Counted from the first letter of the stretch, positions 1 through 10,006 are shown. The stretch: 64,000 nt of DNA from an uncultured Dehalococcoidales bacterium (GCA_964499445.1 CAZCLE010000002.1:19677-83676); one strand, 5' to 3'. The notes: generated by a model not told the origin, from the letters alone. Made by a program: numbers and translations.

Positions 1-663
1 GAAAACAGTCTCCTCAAGCAATCTGGCATCAAGCGATTTTATCCGGTCAAGATTTCTCTCAAGGTAGGCGAAGAACTCTTTATCCCAGATGACGGCACTT
101 TTTATGGCTTCGGCTAATCCGTTAGCCAGTTCTTTGGCGGGAAGGGTTTTTAAGGTGTCGGTGTCCGAGATTACCAAGCTCGGTTGGTAGAATGCCCCAA
201 TTTTATTTTTCAATTGGCCGTGGTTTACTGCCACCTTACCGCCGATACTGCTATCGACTTGTGCCAGCAGGGTGGTTGGTATTTGTACCAGCGGCACCCC
301 CCGTAGATAGGTGGCAGCCACGAACCCGGCTAAGTCGCCAATAACTCCGCCACCTAAGGCTAATATCGGCGTTGTCCGTTCCGCATAGTGATTGGTTAAT
401 TCATGGTATAGCCTGCCCGCGGTGTCTAGTGATTTTTGCTCTTCTCCATCAGGAACCTCCAAGATGATTGCCTTGAAGCCATCCCTGGTGAGGCTCTGCT
501 TCAGGGTATTACCATATAGCTTCTTCACTACGGGGTTGGTGACAATTATTACCTTGCCGGTAAACCCATTTTCTTCTAGCTGGTGTCCGGTATGGTCAAA
601 TATACCTGAACCTATATGGACCTCGTAGCTATTGCTGTTAAGTCTAACCTTAACCTTTCTCAT
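1..663 (-). CDS. aroB: 3-dehydroquinate synthase, 3'-truncated by the window edge
   Basis: My own reverse translation from the ATG at 663 gives MRKVKVRLNSNSYEVHIGSGIF...LALGGGVIGDLAGFVAATYLRGVPLVQIPTTLLAQVDSSIGGKVAVNH, the typical DHQ synthase core. It is absent from the ORF track because it runs off the window. Its start overlaps the aroF stop by 14 nt. Confidence 0.85.
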   Translation of the reverse strand, partial: MRKVKVRLNSNSYEVHIGSGIFDHTGHQLEENGFTGKVIIVTNPVVKKLYGNTLKQSLTRDGFKAIILEVPDGEEQKSLDTAGRLYHELTNHYAERTTPILALGGGVIGDLAGFVAATYLRGVPLVQIPTTLLAQVDSSIGGKVAVNHGQLKNKIGAFYQPSLVISDTDTLKTLPAKELANGLAEAIKSAVIWDKEFFAYLERNLDRIKSLDARLLEETVF

Positions 664-1741
664 CCGATGTTACCTTAGTTTTTGTTGCTCTGGGGTGTAT
701 CAGTTTATGGATTCTCAGGCAGGTTTTGATGGTGTCTTTAAGTTCATCGGCAGTGATTGCCTGTTGAGCATCGACCAGTGCTTCCGCCGGGTCATAGTGC
801 ACCTCAATCATCAAGCCAAGAGCTCCGGCGGCTATAGCAGCGCAGCTCATATTGAAAATAAGGTCTCTGCGCCCGGTGCTATGACTGGGGTCAACGATAA
901 CCGGTAGGTAAGTCTCTTTCTGAATGGCGGGAACAGCGGCCAGGTCAAGGGTATACCTGGTGTATGCCTTACCTTTGCCCAGAGGTAGTATTCCCCTCTC
1001 ACAAAGAATGATATCCTTGTTGCTCTCGGCAGCAATGTATTCAGCAAAGGACAGGAATTCTTCAATACCAGCCCCAAAATGTCTTTTAAGCAGAACCGGT
1101 TTCTTCTTTCTGGCTGCCTTGGTGAGCAGGTCCTGGTCATACATATTTCTGGCTCCTATCTGGAGTATATCAACATAATCTGCCACCAGGTCGACCTGTG
1201 ATTCCCCTCTTATTTCGGTTATTACTGGCATTTGGAACATATCCCCGGCTTGGCGCAACCAGTTTAAGGTTTCCTCGGCTTTTTCCTGATTTATAGCTCC
1301 CAGTCCCTGGAAAGAGTGAACCGAACTCCTCGGTTTAAAAATACCGCCTCTTAGAATGTGAGCCCCAGCCGTCTTCACCTCTTCGGCAATTCTAAATAGC
1401 TGTTTTTTACTCTCCACGGCACAGGGTCCAGCTATGAATACTGGTTCATTGCCACCTATGGTCACGTTCCCCACTTTAATCCTCCGGTACTTATGGGGGC
1501 TTTCAAAGAATTTACCATATTCCCGGCTAACTAGTTTATAGGGTCTCTCCACCCTCATCACCTCTTTTACGCCGGGGAGAATGGCAAAATGGTCAAACGG
1601 TATTTTCATTTCATCTCCGATGAACCCAATCACACTCCTATACTCTCCCTGGCTAACATCGGCTCTTAGTCCCTGTCTCTTTATTTCTTCTATTACGTGA
1701 GCTATTTGTTCTGGTGTGGCATCTTTTTTCATTATTATCAT
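650..1741 (-). CDS. aroF: 3-deoxy-7-phosphoheptulonate (DAHP) synthase, type I-beta with an N-terminal regulatory domain
   Basis: 363 aa. Motifs: PYKLVSRE, IAGPCAVES, LRGGIFKPRSSVHSFQGLG, IQIGARN, KPVLLKR, LCERGI, VDPSH. The architecture resembles Thermotoga-type DAH7PS. Coupled to aroB. Confidence 0.9.
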   Translation of the reverse strand: MIIMKKDATPEQIAHVIEEIKRQGLRADVSQGEYRSVIGFIGDEMKIPFDHFAILPGVKEVMRVERPYKLVSREYGKFFESPHKYRRIKVGNVTIGGNEPVFIAGPCAVESKKQLFRIAEEVKTAGAHILRGGIFKPRSSVHSFQGLGAINQEKAEETLNWLRQAGDMFQMPVITEIRGESQVDLVADYVDILQIGARNMYDQDLLTKAARKKKPVLLKRHFGAGIEEFLSFAEYIAAESNKDIILCERGILPLGKGKAYTRYTLDLAAVPAIQKETYLPVIVDPSHSTGRRDLIFNMSCAAIAAGALGLMIEVHYDPAEALVDAQQAITADELKDTIKTCLRIHKLIHPRATKTKVTSDEKG

Positions 1742-1770
1742 TTTACTCTCCCAATATTATACTCTTACTA

Positions 1771-1806
1771 AAATAGGAAAACCCTCCGTCTGGGAGGGTT
1801 CTTTTT
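1771..1806. terminator. Symmetric terminator-like hairpin in the aroF/hpt divergent region
   Basis: AACCCTCC (1780-1787) and GGAGGGTT (1793-1800) form an 8-bp stem with a 5-nt loop. It is flanked by an A-rich stretch upstream and CTTTTT downstream, so it reads as hairpin plus U-run on either strand. Confidence 0.35.
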
Positions 1807-2133
1807 GAACTTTCTGCTTTAGATTTGTTGCCTTAATAATTGTAGTTACATCTTCATACCAAATCCCCCCAAGCGCACCGTGTGCGCTCCGGAAATATAA
1901 AATAAGTATAGTACCATGCGCCTGAGGTAATATTAATTAACATGCTCTATCTATACCCGGTTTATTTTAAGCTAATATAGCACATGAAATATGGTTTGTC
2001 AACATGTTTTATTGGCGGTCGGGTAGAATATGTTATCACAGCCTTAGCCTGAAGCTGGTTTGCCGAATATGTGGGTTGGGATGAGAGGATGATGTCCGTT
2101 AAACTGAGACGCAGTAACTCCTTCAATCCTGGC

Positions 2134-2162
2134 TGGACAGGGTTAAAGAGAAAGGCTATAAT
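2134..2162 (+). promoter_or_regulatory. Candidate sigma70-type promoter for hpt
   Basis: TGGACA (2134-2139), 17-nt spacer, TATAAT (2157-2162), 27 nt upstream of the hpt ATG, followed by SD AAGGAAGG. Confidence 0.4.
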
Positions 2163-2189
2163 CTCACGGCTGGATTAAGGAAGGTAGAT

Positions 2190-2723
2190 ATGCGTTCTCA
2201 ACCCAAACCCCGCATTCTTTTTACCAGGGGCGAGATAGAAGCCACGGTTAAGAGGCTGGCGGCTGAAATCAAGCGGGATTTTCAGGATAAGCACCCCCTG
2301 TTGATAGGTGTTCTTAAAGGCTCTTTCGTGTTTATGGCTGACCTGGTTCGACGGCTTGATTTCCCGCTGGAGGTGGAGTTTATCAGGCTATCCAGCTATG
2401 GCGGGGCTATGGAGAGTTCGGGGAAGATTAAAGTGGTGCAAGGTCTGCGCACTAAAGTTATAGGCCGGGATGTATTGGTGATTGAGGATATAGTAGATAC
2501 TGGTCTGTCTATTTCTTTCCTTCTGGATTACCTGCGGAAGAAAAAGCCTGCTTCTTTGAAGCTTTGTGCCCTGACCGATAAACCTTCCCGGCGACAGGTT
2601 CCAGTTACTATTGACTATCTGGGGTTCACTGTTCCCAATAAGTTCATAGTGGGCTATGGCTTAGATTGGGACGAGAAGTTTCGCTATCTTCCTGACATCT
2701 GCACTTTAGAGGACGATATATGA
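2190..2723 (+). CDS. hpt: Hypoxanthine(-guanine) phosphoribosyltransferase
   Basis: 177 aa. Motifs: LLIGVLKGSFVFMADL, PRPP-binding loop VLVIEDIVDTGLS, and C-terminal VGYGLDW. Confidence 0.9.
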   Translation: MRSQPKPRILFTRGEIEATVKRLAAEIKRDFQDKHPLLIGVLKGSFVFMADLVRRLDFPLEVEFIRLSSYGGAMESSGKIKVVQGLRTKVIGRDVLVIEDIVDTGLSISFLLDYLRKKKPASLKLCALTDKPSRRQVPVTIDYLGFTVPNKFIVGYGLDWDEKFRYLPDICTLEDDI

Positions 2724-2845
2724 TGTTTTTGTGGAGACATATGCCCTTCCCGGATATCCAGCCGGGAGGCTGACTTCATTGACTCTACATTTTATAGAGT
2801 GGTAAAATTGAATTGAAGGTATAAGAACTAGGAAAGGAGGGAAAT

Positions 2846-3631
2846 ATGGAAGAAGACGTATGCAAGCAGAACCTTAAGGGGTGGAGGGCGGAAGTAGGCA
2901 TGTTAGCCCCGGTGGCGGAAATGTATCGGGAGTATGAAGTCGTGGCTCCAGAGGGAGTCAGGTTCTCCAGGGCACTATTGGGGCTGGAGGCGGTTACTCC
3001 TGAAGCGCTCAGGAAGATGGCTGATAATGTGGTGAGCGAATCCAAAAAGCTGTGTATTGGTCATAAACCTGACCTGATATGCCTCGGCTGCACCTCCGGC
3101 TCATTTGTCGGTGGACCAGGCTATGACGAAGGTCTCATTAAACAGATCGAAGACGCTACCGGTATACCCGCTACAACTACCGCCACCGCATTACGGGTGG
3201 TATTCAAGGAGCTGGGTATTAAGAAAATTGCCATGTGCGGCCCTTATTTGAAGGAAGTCTTTGACATAGCCATAGATTTCTTCAAGGCCTATGGTATTGA
3301 AACCCTTCACCTGGAGTACCTGGGATACAATAAAACTGAGGAGTTCTGGGACTACCGCCACAATCCTTACCCGGTCTACAAATTAATTAAGGATAGTCAC
3401 CAAGCGGCACCCGACGCCGATTGTGTGTTTGTCAGCTGTATGTGGAGTCGTATACTGGGGATAGTGGATACGGCTGAGGAAGAAATCGGGAAGCCAGTCA
3501 TATCAAGTTGCAATGCAGTGCTGTATAATATTTTAAAGATGCTGCAGATTCCCGACCCCGTTTACCATTACGGGCAGCTTTTGCAGAGGCCTCGTCTGGC
3601 GCCGACGCCAGTAGCAGCGGCGGTTAGATAG
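2846..3631 (+). CDS. Asp/Glu/hydantoin racemase superfamily protein (maleate isomerase / arylmalonate decarboxylase-like)
   Basis: 261 aa. Two candidate catalytic Cys contexts (LGCTSGSF and VFVSCMW) and an N-terminal GMLAP motif fit the maleate cis-trans isomerase family layout. Good SD (AGGAAAGGAGGG). Confidence 0.6.
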   Translation: MEEDVCKQNLKGWRAEVGMLAPVAEMYREYEVVAPEGVRFSRALLGLEAVTPEALRKMADNVVSESKKLCIGHKPDLICLGCTSGSFVGGPGYDEGLIKQIEDATGIPATTTATALRVVFKELGIKKIAMCGPYLKEVFDIAIDFFKAYGIETLHLEYLGYNKTEEFWDYRHNPYPVYKLIKDSHQAAPDADCVFVSCMWSRILGIVDTAEEEIGKPVISSCNAVLYNILKMLQIPDPVYHYGQLLQRPRLAPTPVAAAVR

Positions 3632-3786
3632 TGAGTAAGTCTTAGTCAAGATTATATAGGCTATTGAGTTTAAGAGAACTCAGGGAACCGGAATAAAAGA
3701 AGCTGAGAAACGAAGATTTTTATACTGTTGTTGAAATGCCTTTAAGCTCAGAACAGGTAAGTTTATATTATTTTTGAGGGCTTACC

Positions 3787-4677
3787 TTAATTTTTGGCAT
3801 TGGTATGCTGTTCTACCATCTCTCTATAGGCAGCCATTAATCTTCTGGTAACCGGGCCTGGATTTCCTGAACCTATAGATGTGATATTGTCGTTATTCTC
3901 CCTGACCTCAACCAGCGGCATTATCTCAATCAGCGAATTGGTAAGAAAAGCCTCCTCAAATTGCCTCAGGTCGGTCAACTTTACCTCACTCTCGACAGCA
4001 TCTATCCCTAATGAATCGGCAAGCTCCATTACTACCTGGCGGGTAATGCCGGGCAGTAGGCCACTTTCAACCGGAGGCGTAACCAGACTGGGAGCTGGGG
4101 TTACGAAGAAAACGTTACTTATGCTGCCCTCAGTAATACAGCCGTGCTCATTTAGGAACATTGTTTCATCCAGTCCGGCGGCTTCAGCTTCTAGCCTGGC
4201 TCTAATATTAAGTAAATAATTGGTAGATTTCAGCCTGAGTATTGGTGATTGGCTATAGCGAGGAAAGGAGGCGACCCCGGCTCGGGAACCATTAGCGTAG
4301 GTCTCTGGTGGTGGAGGGGAGTAATCGCTCGCCGTAACCAGTACCGTGGGGTTATTACCAACGCCGGGTCCCGGGAAAGAATCTACCTCACCCCTGGAGA
4401 CGGTGAGCCGCAGGCGGGCGTTTTCCAGACCGTTGGCTACTAATGTATCCCTGCAAGCCCTGCCCAGTTCGGCAGCATTAAGCCTTGAGCCCAAGCCGAG
4501 AACCAAAGAGGCGCTTAGCAGGCGATTGAGGTGTCGCTCCAGTAGAAAGATTTTCCCATGATAGGCACGCATGGTCTCAAATAGTCCATATCCATAGAGA
4601 AAGCCGTGGTCAAAAACCGAGATGTGCGCTTGAGAGCGGGGGAGCAGGGAGCCATTCAAATAGACAAGCTCTTCCAT
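3787..4677 (-). CDS. pabC: Class IV aminotransferase fold, probable aminodeoxychorismate lyase
   Basis: 296 aa. Motifs: DHGFLYGYGLFET, ERHLNRL and the class IV PLP fold. It is the last gene of a tightly coupled pabB-pabA-pabC string, divergent from folP. Confidence 0.7.
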   Translation of the reverse strand: MEELVYLNGSLLPRSQAHISVFDHGFLYGYGLFETMRAYHGKIFLLERHLNRLLSASLVLGLGSRLNAAELGRACRDTLVANGLENARLRLTVSRGEVDSFPGPGVGNNPTVLVTASDYSPPPPETYANGSRAGVASFPRYSQSPILRLKSTNYLLNIRARLEAEAAGLDETMFLNEHGCITEGSISNVFFVTPAPSLVTPPVESGLLPGITRQVVMELADSLGIDAVESEVKLTDLRQFEEAFLTNSLIEIMPLVEVRENNDNITSIGSGNPGPVTRRLMAAYREMVEQHTNAKN

Positions 4678-4679
4678 TA

Positions 4680-5270
4680 TTACTTCCTCACCTTTAGCGA
4701 CGGCTTGGGTAAGTTCAGGAAGTTGGTCAATATGTCATGACCACTATCGGTTAGTATCGACTCCGGGTGAACTTGGGTTCCCTCTACCACGTGTTCCCGG
4801 TTTCTCACTCCCATAATTATTCCGTCCTCCGTCCTGGCAGAAACCTCAAGAGAAGCCGGGATGGTCCCGGCGTCTATTATTAGGGAGTGATAGCGACCAC
4901 CAAGCAGGGGGGATGGTAAACCTTTAAAGATGGTTTCACCGTCGTGGAAGACAAGAGACTGCTTACCATGTACCGGCACTGCGGCTCGCTTTATGGTACC
5001 GCCATATACATACCCGATGCATTGATGTCCCAGGCATACCCCCAAAATGGGAATCTTTCCCCTGAAGTAACGAACTACATCATTGGAAATCCCGGCTTCC
5101 AGTGGAGTACAAGGCCCGGGGGAGATTACTATGTGGCTCGGAGCTAAAGCTTCAATCTGCTCCAGGGTTATACAATCATTCCGGTAGACTACTGGTTCGC
5201 CGCCCAGCTCGCCCAGATATTGAACCAGGTTATAAGCAAATGAATCATAGTTATCTATAACCAGAATCAC
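4680..5270 (-). CDS. pabA: Glutamine amidotransferase component II (PabA/TrpG type)
   Basis: 196 aa. Motifs: MILVIDNYDSFAYNLVQYL, GVCLGHQ (catalytic Cys), HPES. Its GTG start overlaps the pabB TAG by 1 nt. Confidence 0.8.
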   Translation of the reverse strand: MILVIDNYDSFAYNLVQYLGELGGEPVVYRNDCITLEQIEALAPSHIVISPGPCTPLEAGISNDVVRYFRGKIPILGVCLGHQCIGYVYGGTIKRAAVPVHGKQSLVFHDGETIFKGLPSPLLGGRYHSLIIDAGTIPASLEVSARTEDGIIMGVRNREHVVEGTQVHPESILTDSGHDILTNFLNLPKPSLKVRK

Positions 5271-6718
5271 TACCTCGCCTCCACCGTAACTTGAGTCGAC
5301 AGGTTAAGCGCCTGAATTAGCGCCCTGGCTTTGTCCAGTGTTTCCTCATACTCTGCCTCCGGTTCCGAATCATAGACGATACCACCCCCTACCTGAAAGT
5401 AAGCCCGGCCATCTTTAATAATAAAGGTTCGAATAACTATGTCTATGTCCATTTCCCCACTGAAGCTGAGGTAGCCGAGTGAGCCGGTGTAGATGCTCCT
5501 CCGGGTAGGTTCCAGCTCGTCAATAATTTCCATCGCCCGCACCTTCGGGGCTCCGGTTATGGAACCGCCGGGAAAGGTGGCTTTGAGAAGGTCAATTCGG
5601 TTTTTCCCCGGGCGCAGTTTACCCTCGACAGTGGAGGTCAGGTGAAAGACGGTGGGATAGGTCTCAAGGATAGCCAGTTCAGTAACCTTCACTGTTCCAT
5701 ATCGGCATACGCGCCCTAAATCGTTCCGTTCAAGGTCAACTATCATAATATTCTCCGCCCGGTCCTTAATACTCGACAATAATTCTTGCGCCAGGGCTTC
5801 ATCTTGGACTGCAGATTTACCGCGCGGTCGAGTTCCCTTGACGGGTCGGGTTTGAACCCAATCCCCTTTAACTCTGAGAAATCTCTCAGGAGAAGCACCG
5901 ACCACACTTACCCCATCAAAGTTGAAGTAGTTGGCGAAAGGAGCCGGATTGATGTTGCGTAATTGCCGGTAGAGTTCGTAGGGGGAAACCGGCAGGTCGG
6001 CTTCAAATCTCTGGGATAGGTTTACCTGGAAGATGTCCCCGGCACATATGTATTCCCTGACGGCGGCTACAGCCTTGAGGTATTCCTCTCGGGTAAAATT
6101 TGATTTGAGCACAACGTCTTGTCTAACTGTAGCCGTTGTCAATAGCTCTTCGGCATTAGGAACCCAGGGCTTATTCAGAAGTTTGGTCTTCATCTCCTCA
6201 AGTTTTTCTTCTGCCTGATGCTTTCTTTTTCCCTCTTCCAGTTCGGGAAATCCGGTGGCGACCAAATATGTCTTCCCGGTTAGGTTGTCAAAGGCAACAA
6301 CCGTGTCATAGAAGGCCAGGTAGCATTCGGGGAGGTTCAAATCATCAACCGCCGTTGACGGCAGGCGCTCGATAAAATGGCACAGGTCATAGCTGAAATA
6401 GCCTACCGCCCCACCCACCAGGGGAATGCCCGCCGGGGGGGCATCCAGGGAATAGAGCTCCAGTAACTCATTGACCACATCAAAAGGGTTGCCCTGAATA
6501 ATTTTTTGTTTCTCATTACTGTGGCTGAGCGAGATTTCTTTGCCCCGGCTTTGCAGCACCAGAAAGGGGTCGCTGCCCATAAAGGAGTAACGCCCCAGCT
6601 TACCCGGGTCCATGCCACTATCCAGAAAAAAGCTGAAGGGACGGTCTTTGAATAGCTCAAAGCACTGGGGTGCGGTGAGTGGAGTATATATCTCTTCCAG
6701 TAGGGGATAGCGTTTCAC
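5270..6718 (-). CDS. pabB: Aminodeoxychorismate synthase component I (chorismate-binding enzyme)
   Basis: 482 aa. Motifs: SPERFL, GGSITGAPKVRAMEII, PRGIYTG-like SIYTGSLGY. The context with a class IV lyase and folP favours PabB over TrpE. Confidence 0.75.
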   Translation of the reverse strand: MKRYPLLEEIYTPLTAPQCFELFKDRPFSFFLDSGMDPGKLGRYSFMGSDPFLVLQSRGKEISLSHSNEKQKIIQGNPFDVVNELLELYSLDAPPAGIPLVGGAVGYFSYDLCHFIERLPSTAVDDLNLPECYLAFYDTVVAFDNLTGKTYLVATGFPELEEGKRKHQAEEKLEEMKTKLLNKPWVPNAEELLTTATVRQDVVLKSNFTREEYLKAVAAVREYICAGDIFQVNLSQRFEADLPVSPYELYRQLRNINPAPFANYFNFDGVSVVGASPERFLRVKGDWVQTRPVKGTRPRGKSAVQDEALAQELLSSIKDRAENIMIVDLERNDLGRVCRYGTVKVTELAILETYPTVFHLTSTVEGKLRPGKNRIDLLKATFPGGSITGAPKVRAMEIIDELEPTRRSIYTGSLGYLSFSGEMDIDIVIRTFIIKDGRAYFQVGGGIVYDSEPEAEYEETLDKARALIQALNLSTQVTVEAR

Positions 6719-6863
6719 TCTTTAAAACTCATTATTAAAAGTGTTTTGACCAAGAAGACGGTGCTTAAGTATGGAAAGAAGCCAGCATTAATTATATACT
6801 ATCCCGATAAAATAGGGAATTCAAGACTTAGAGAGACTTCAGGTAATGTGGTAGAATCTAGTC

Positions 6864-7724
6864 ATGAATCAATCGGGTATTACTCAATGTGGCAATACCG
6901 AGTTCCGCTGGGGGGAACGAACCTATGTTATGGGCATCATCAACCTATCCCCCGATTCTTTCTCCGGGGACGGAATTAGCGACCTCGAGTCAGCGGTGGC
7001 TCAGGCGCATCGCCTGGTTGCTGAAGGTGCTGACATTATAGATGTTGGTGGAGAATCCACCCGTCCTAATTCAGCTCCGGTCTCAGTTGACGAGGAAATT
7101 AAGCGGGTAATTCCGGTTATAGAGCGGATGGTTTCTGAGGTGCCTGTCCCCCTGAGCATTGATACCTATAAGTCGGAGGTGGCACGCCGGGCACTTGAGG
7201 CTGGTGCCGTCATGCTCAATGACCAGTGGGGTTTGAAACGAGACTCAAAGCTAGCCGAGCTGGCTGCCGAAAAGGGTGTTCCTCTTATTTTGATGAGTAA
7301 CCAGCGGGACAAGGGTGGTTATGATGCCGGCGTCCGGCGTGATACCGCTTACTACGGGGATGTTATAGCTGAGGTGACTGCTTCCCTTCAAAATAGTCTG
7401 GACCTGGCATTGAAACTGGGCGTACCCGGGGAGAGCATTATTCTCGACCCCGGCATCGGGTTCGGCAAGACCTGGCGGCAGGAGTTAGAAATCATCCGCC
7501 GCTTAGGCGAACTGAAGTCATTGGGAAGACCCATTTTAATTGGTACTTCCCGTAAGTCCTTCATTGGTCTGGTGCTGGACCTCCCCGCCGACCAGCGCGT
7601 TGAGGGTACTGCGGCGACTATATCTATTGCTATCGCCAATGGTGCTGACATAGTGCGGGTTCACGATGTTAAGCAGATGGTGCGAGTGTGCCGGATGAGT
7701 GATGCCATTGTGCGCTCGTCCTGA
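6864..7724 (+). CDS. folP: Dihydropteroate synthase
   Basis: 286 aa. Motifs: MGIINLSPDSFSGDG, ADIIDVGGESTRP, SIDTYK, DPGIGFGKT, GTSRKSFIG. Confidence 0.9.
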   Translation: MNQSGITQCGNTEFRWGERTYVMGIINLSPDSFSGDGISDLESAVAQAHRLVAEGADIIDVGGESTRPNSAPVSVDEEIKRVIPVIERMVSEVPVPLSIDTYKSEVARRALEAGAVMLNDQWGLKRDSKLAELAAEKGVPLILMSNQRDKGGYDAGVRRDTAYYGDVIAEVTASLQNSLDLALKLGVPGESIILDPGIGFGKTWRQELEIIRRLGELKSLGRPILIGTSRKSFIGLVLDLPADQRVEGTAATISIAIANGADIVRVHDVKQMVRVCRMSDAIVRSS

Positions 7725-7750
7725 CCACGCTTACCCGACGTCCTCTGGAG

Positions 7751-8296
7751 TTAGTAAGAATTAAAGGATGCGATTTCATCCATCGGCTCCCTGTCATGTT
7801 CTGAACGTACCGTTTCCCTATCGTAATAGCCTAAACTTATCAGGATGTCTACCTTTTTATTCGGTGGTATGTTCAAGATTGCTTTTATCGCCCGTTCGTT
7901 AAACCAGCCTATCCAGCATGTCCCTAGGCCTAATTCCTCAGCCTGCAACACGAAATGCTCACCGGCTATCCCGATATCTATGAGGTAATATTTGGTGCTC
8001 CGAAACATACCGCCTATTCTAGCTAAGAACTTGGACTTTTCGGAAATGACGGCGACGATAACCGGTGCCGTTTTGCCAAAAGAGTTTATCGAATATATCC
8101 CTCTAAAGGCCGCATCGCAGAGTTTATTCTTTAATTCCCGGTCATCTACGACTATGAATTTCCACGGCTGTGAATTGCAGGCGGAAGGAGCCACTCTGGC
8201 TGCCTCAAGACACATCATAATCTTTTCTCTCTCAACGGCTCTATCTAAGTAACCCCTGATGCTTTTTCTGTGTTTTACCAGGTCTAGTAAGTCCAT
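7751..8296 (-). CDS. Nitroreductase family (FMN) protein
   Basis: 181 aa. Motifs: RKSIRGY, APSACNSQPW, and a C-terminal GY...R pattern typical of the nitroreductase fold. Confidence 0.75.
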   Translation of the reverse strand: MDLLDLVKHRKSIRGYLDRAVEREKIMMCLEAARVAPSACNSQPWKFIVVDDRELKNKLCDAAFRGIYSINSFGKTAPVIVAVISEKSKFLARIGGMFRSTKYYLIDIGIAGEHFVLQAEELGLGTCWIGWFNERAIKAILNIPPNKKVDILISLGYYDRETVRSEHDREPMDEIASFNSY

Positions 8297-8400
8297 ATTT
8301 CACTCCTTAGGGACAGTTTAGATGGATATGCCCTAAGGCAAATCCTAGTGCTGAATTATGTCTTTGTCAATATAGCCGTAAGGGGAAAGGGGGTTGGTAG

Positions 8401-9669
8401 TTAGTGTCCCGATAGTGTTTGTGCCCCTCGCTTGGGTTGTGTTACCAGCAGAATTAACACGGCTGCTATCAGCATGGCTATCATCCCGGCTAGGAAAGCA
8501 AAAGCATAGTTACCGCTAACATCAAAAATATAGCCAGCTAGAACTGGACCGATGGCGGCACCAGAGTTCCAGCCCACTACCAATACCCCTATAATTACTC
8601 CGATATGACGCATCCCGAAGACATCTCCAATCAGGGCGATAAGGGGAGGGTCAAGCCCTCCAAAGGACAGGCCGAAGATGATACCAAATAGGTATAACAT
8701 CCACAAATTTGACCCTCCAGCCAGCAGCAACATTGCCCCCGCCATTAACAGCGCGCTGACTATAGCCGTCTGTTTCCGGCCAATAGCGTCTGACAGCCTA
8801 CCCGTAAGTAGCCTGCCGGGAATACTTGTGCCCCCTACTAAGCTAAGTATTGCTGCCGCCTCGATTGGACTGATACCCAAATCAATAGCATGCGGCACCA
8901 GATGGATGAGCACTGAATGTAAACAGAAGGAATACAGTAGCCACACCAGAGACAGCAACCAGAAGTTCTTGGTCTTAGCTGCCTGGGGCAGCGAAAAACC
9001 CTCTGGCTCATTCGGGGGTTGTTCCTGGAGTGCAGTGGGAGCAGGGGTTGCCCACTTCTCTGCATTGGCTAACGGTGCTACCGCGGTGGGAGCCTTTCTC
9101 AGCGGCAGTGCACATGGGATTATGGTGAACCAGGCTACAATACCAATAATGAAATAAGCAGTTTGCCAGCCGTAGCCGGAAATAAGGTAGGCAGCAATTG
9201 GCGCCATGACTATCATTCCCAAACCGGATCCAGAACCGACAATAGCCAACGCTAACCCTCGCCCTTTGGCGAACCACCTTGAAGCGGTTGCCATGGTAAC
9301 CGTGTAAGTGGGTCCAATGCCTATCGCCAATAATAGGCTGTAAGTGATAAATAGATGCCCCAGCGAGTTAGCATAGCTGGTCAGTAACAGGCTTAACCCG
9401 GCAAAAAAGCCCATGATGATGATAACTATCCTCGGTCCATACCGGTCTAGAGCCCAGCCTCCTAAAATGGCGAACACACAGCCGAGCGACACGTAAACTG
9501 AAAAAATCCCCGAGGTTAGGGTTCGGCTCCAGATGAAGTGTTGCTCCAGGGAGGTAAAGAACACGCCGTAAGAGAAGTGTATGCCATAACTAATAATCCC
9601 AATAGAAAAGCAGGCTGCCACCACTATCCAGCCATAGTATAGCCGGTCTTTTTTCACCTTATTTACCAT
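8401..9669 (-). CDS. MFS transporter (about 12 TM)
   Basis: 422 aa. Hydrophobic throughout, with a GGWALDRYGPR-type loop between TM2 and TM3 and a central hydrophilic loop. Confidence 0.8.
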   Translation of the reverse strand: MVNKVKKDRLYYGWIVVAACFSIGIISYGIHFSYGVFFTSLEQHFIWSRTLTSGIFSVYVSLGCVFAILGGWALDRYGPRIVIIIMGFFAGLSLLLTSYANSLGHLFITYSLLLAIGIGPTYTVTMATASRWFAKGRGLALAIVGSGSGLGMIVMAPIAAYLISGYGWQTAYFIIGIVAWFTIIPCALPLRKAPTAVAPLANAEKWATPAPTALQEQPPNEPEGFSLPQAAKTKNFWLLSLVWLLYSFCLHSVLIHLVPHAIDLGISPIEAAAILSLVGGTSIPGRLLTGRLSDAIGRKQTAIVSALLMAGAMLLLAGGSNLWMLYLFGIIFGLSFGGLDPPLIALIGDVFGMRHIGVIIGVLVVGWNSGAAIGPVLAGYIFDVSGNYAFAFLAGMIAMLIAAVLILLVTQPKRGAQTLSGH

Positions 9670-10006
9670 GTCCCTCCAACGAGGAATAAAGACTCTTCAT
9701 GCCTAGTCAGGTTACGAGTGCAGCTAGAGCCCTATTATACCGGTTGCTTTCCCCCGGTTGCATAGAGCCCTCTCGGTTTCAGGTATTTTACATAACTTTT
9801 TAGGAGGAAGCAAAGTTTTCCTCTTTATCGGCTGCCGAGCCATCGGCACGCAAGCGATGGAAAATGCCCGAGACAGCTTGGGGGAAACATATATTTTGCG
9901 GAGCAGAGGCTGAAGTCTTAGCATGCTCATCGGTGATATGGCGGGTGCCAGGACACTGTTAGGGGTAGACTTTTTATCGCTACGTTTTGGTCTCTCACCT
10001 CTTCCT

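Noticed and set aside
1756-1761. A TATAAT hexamer (minus strand) as the aroF promoter -10
   Set aside because: It sits only 15 nt upstream of the ATG, so a transcript starting there would lack the SD. There is no convincing -35 at 16-18 nt.
5270-6718. Calling the chorismate-utilising pair anthranilate synthase (trpE/trpG)
   Set aside because: The pair is translationally coupled to a class IV aminotransferase-fold lyase, is divergent from folP, and has no trpDCFBA nearby. PABA synthesis is therefore the better-supported reading, although sequence alone cannot fully exclude TrpE.
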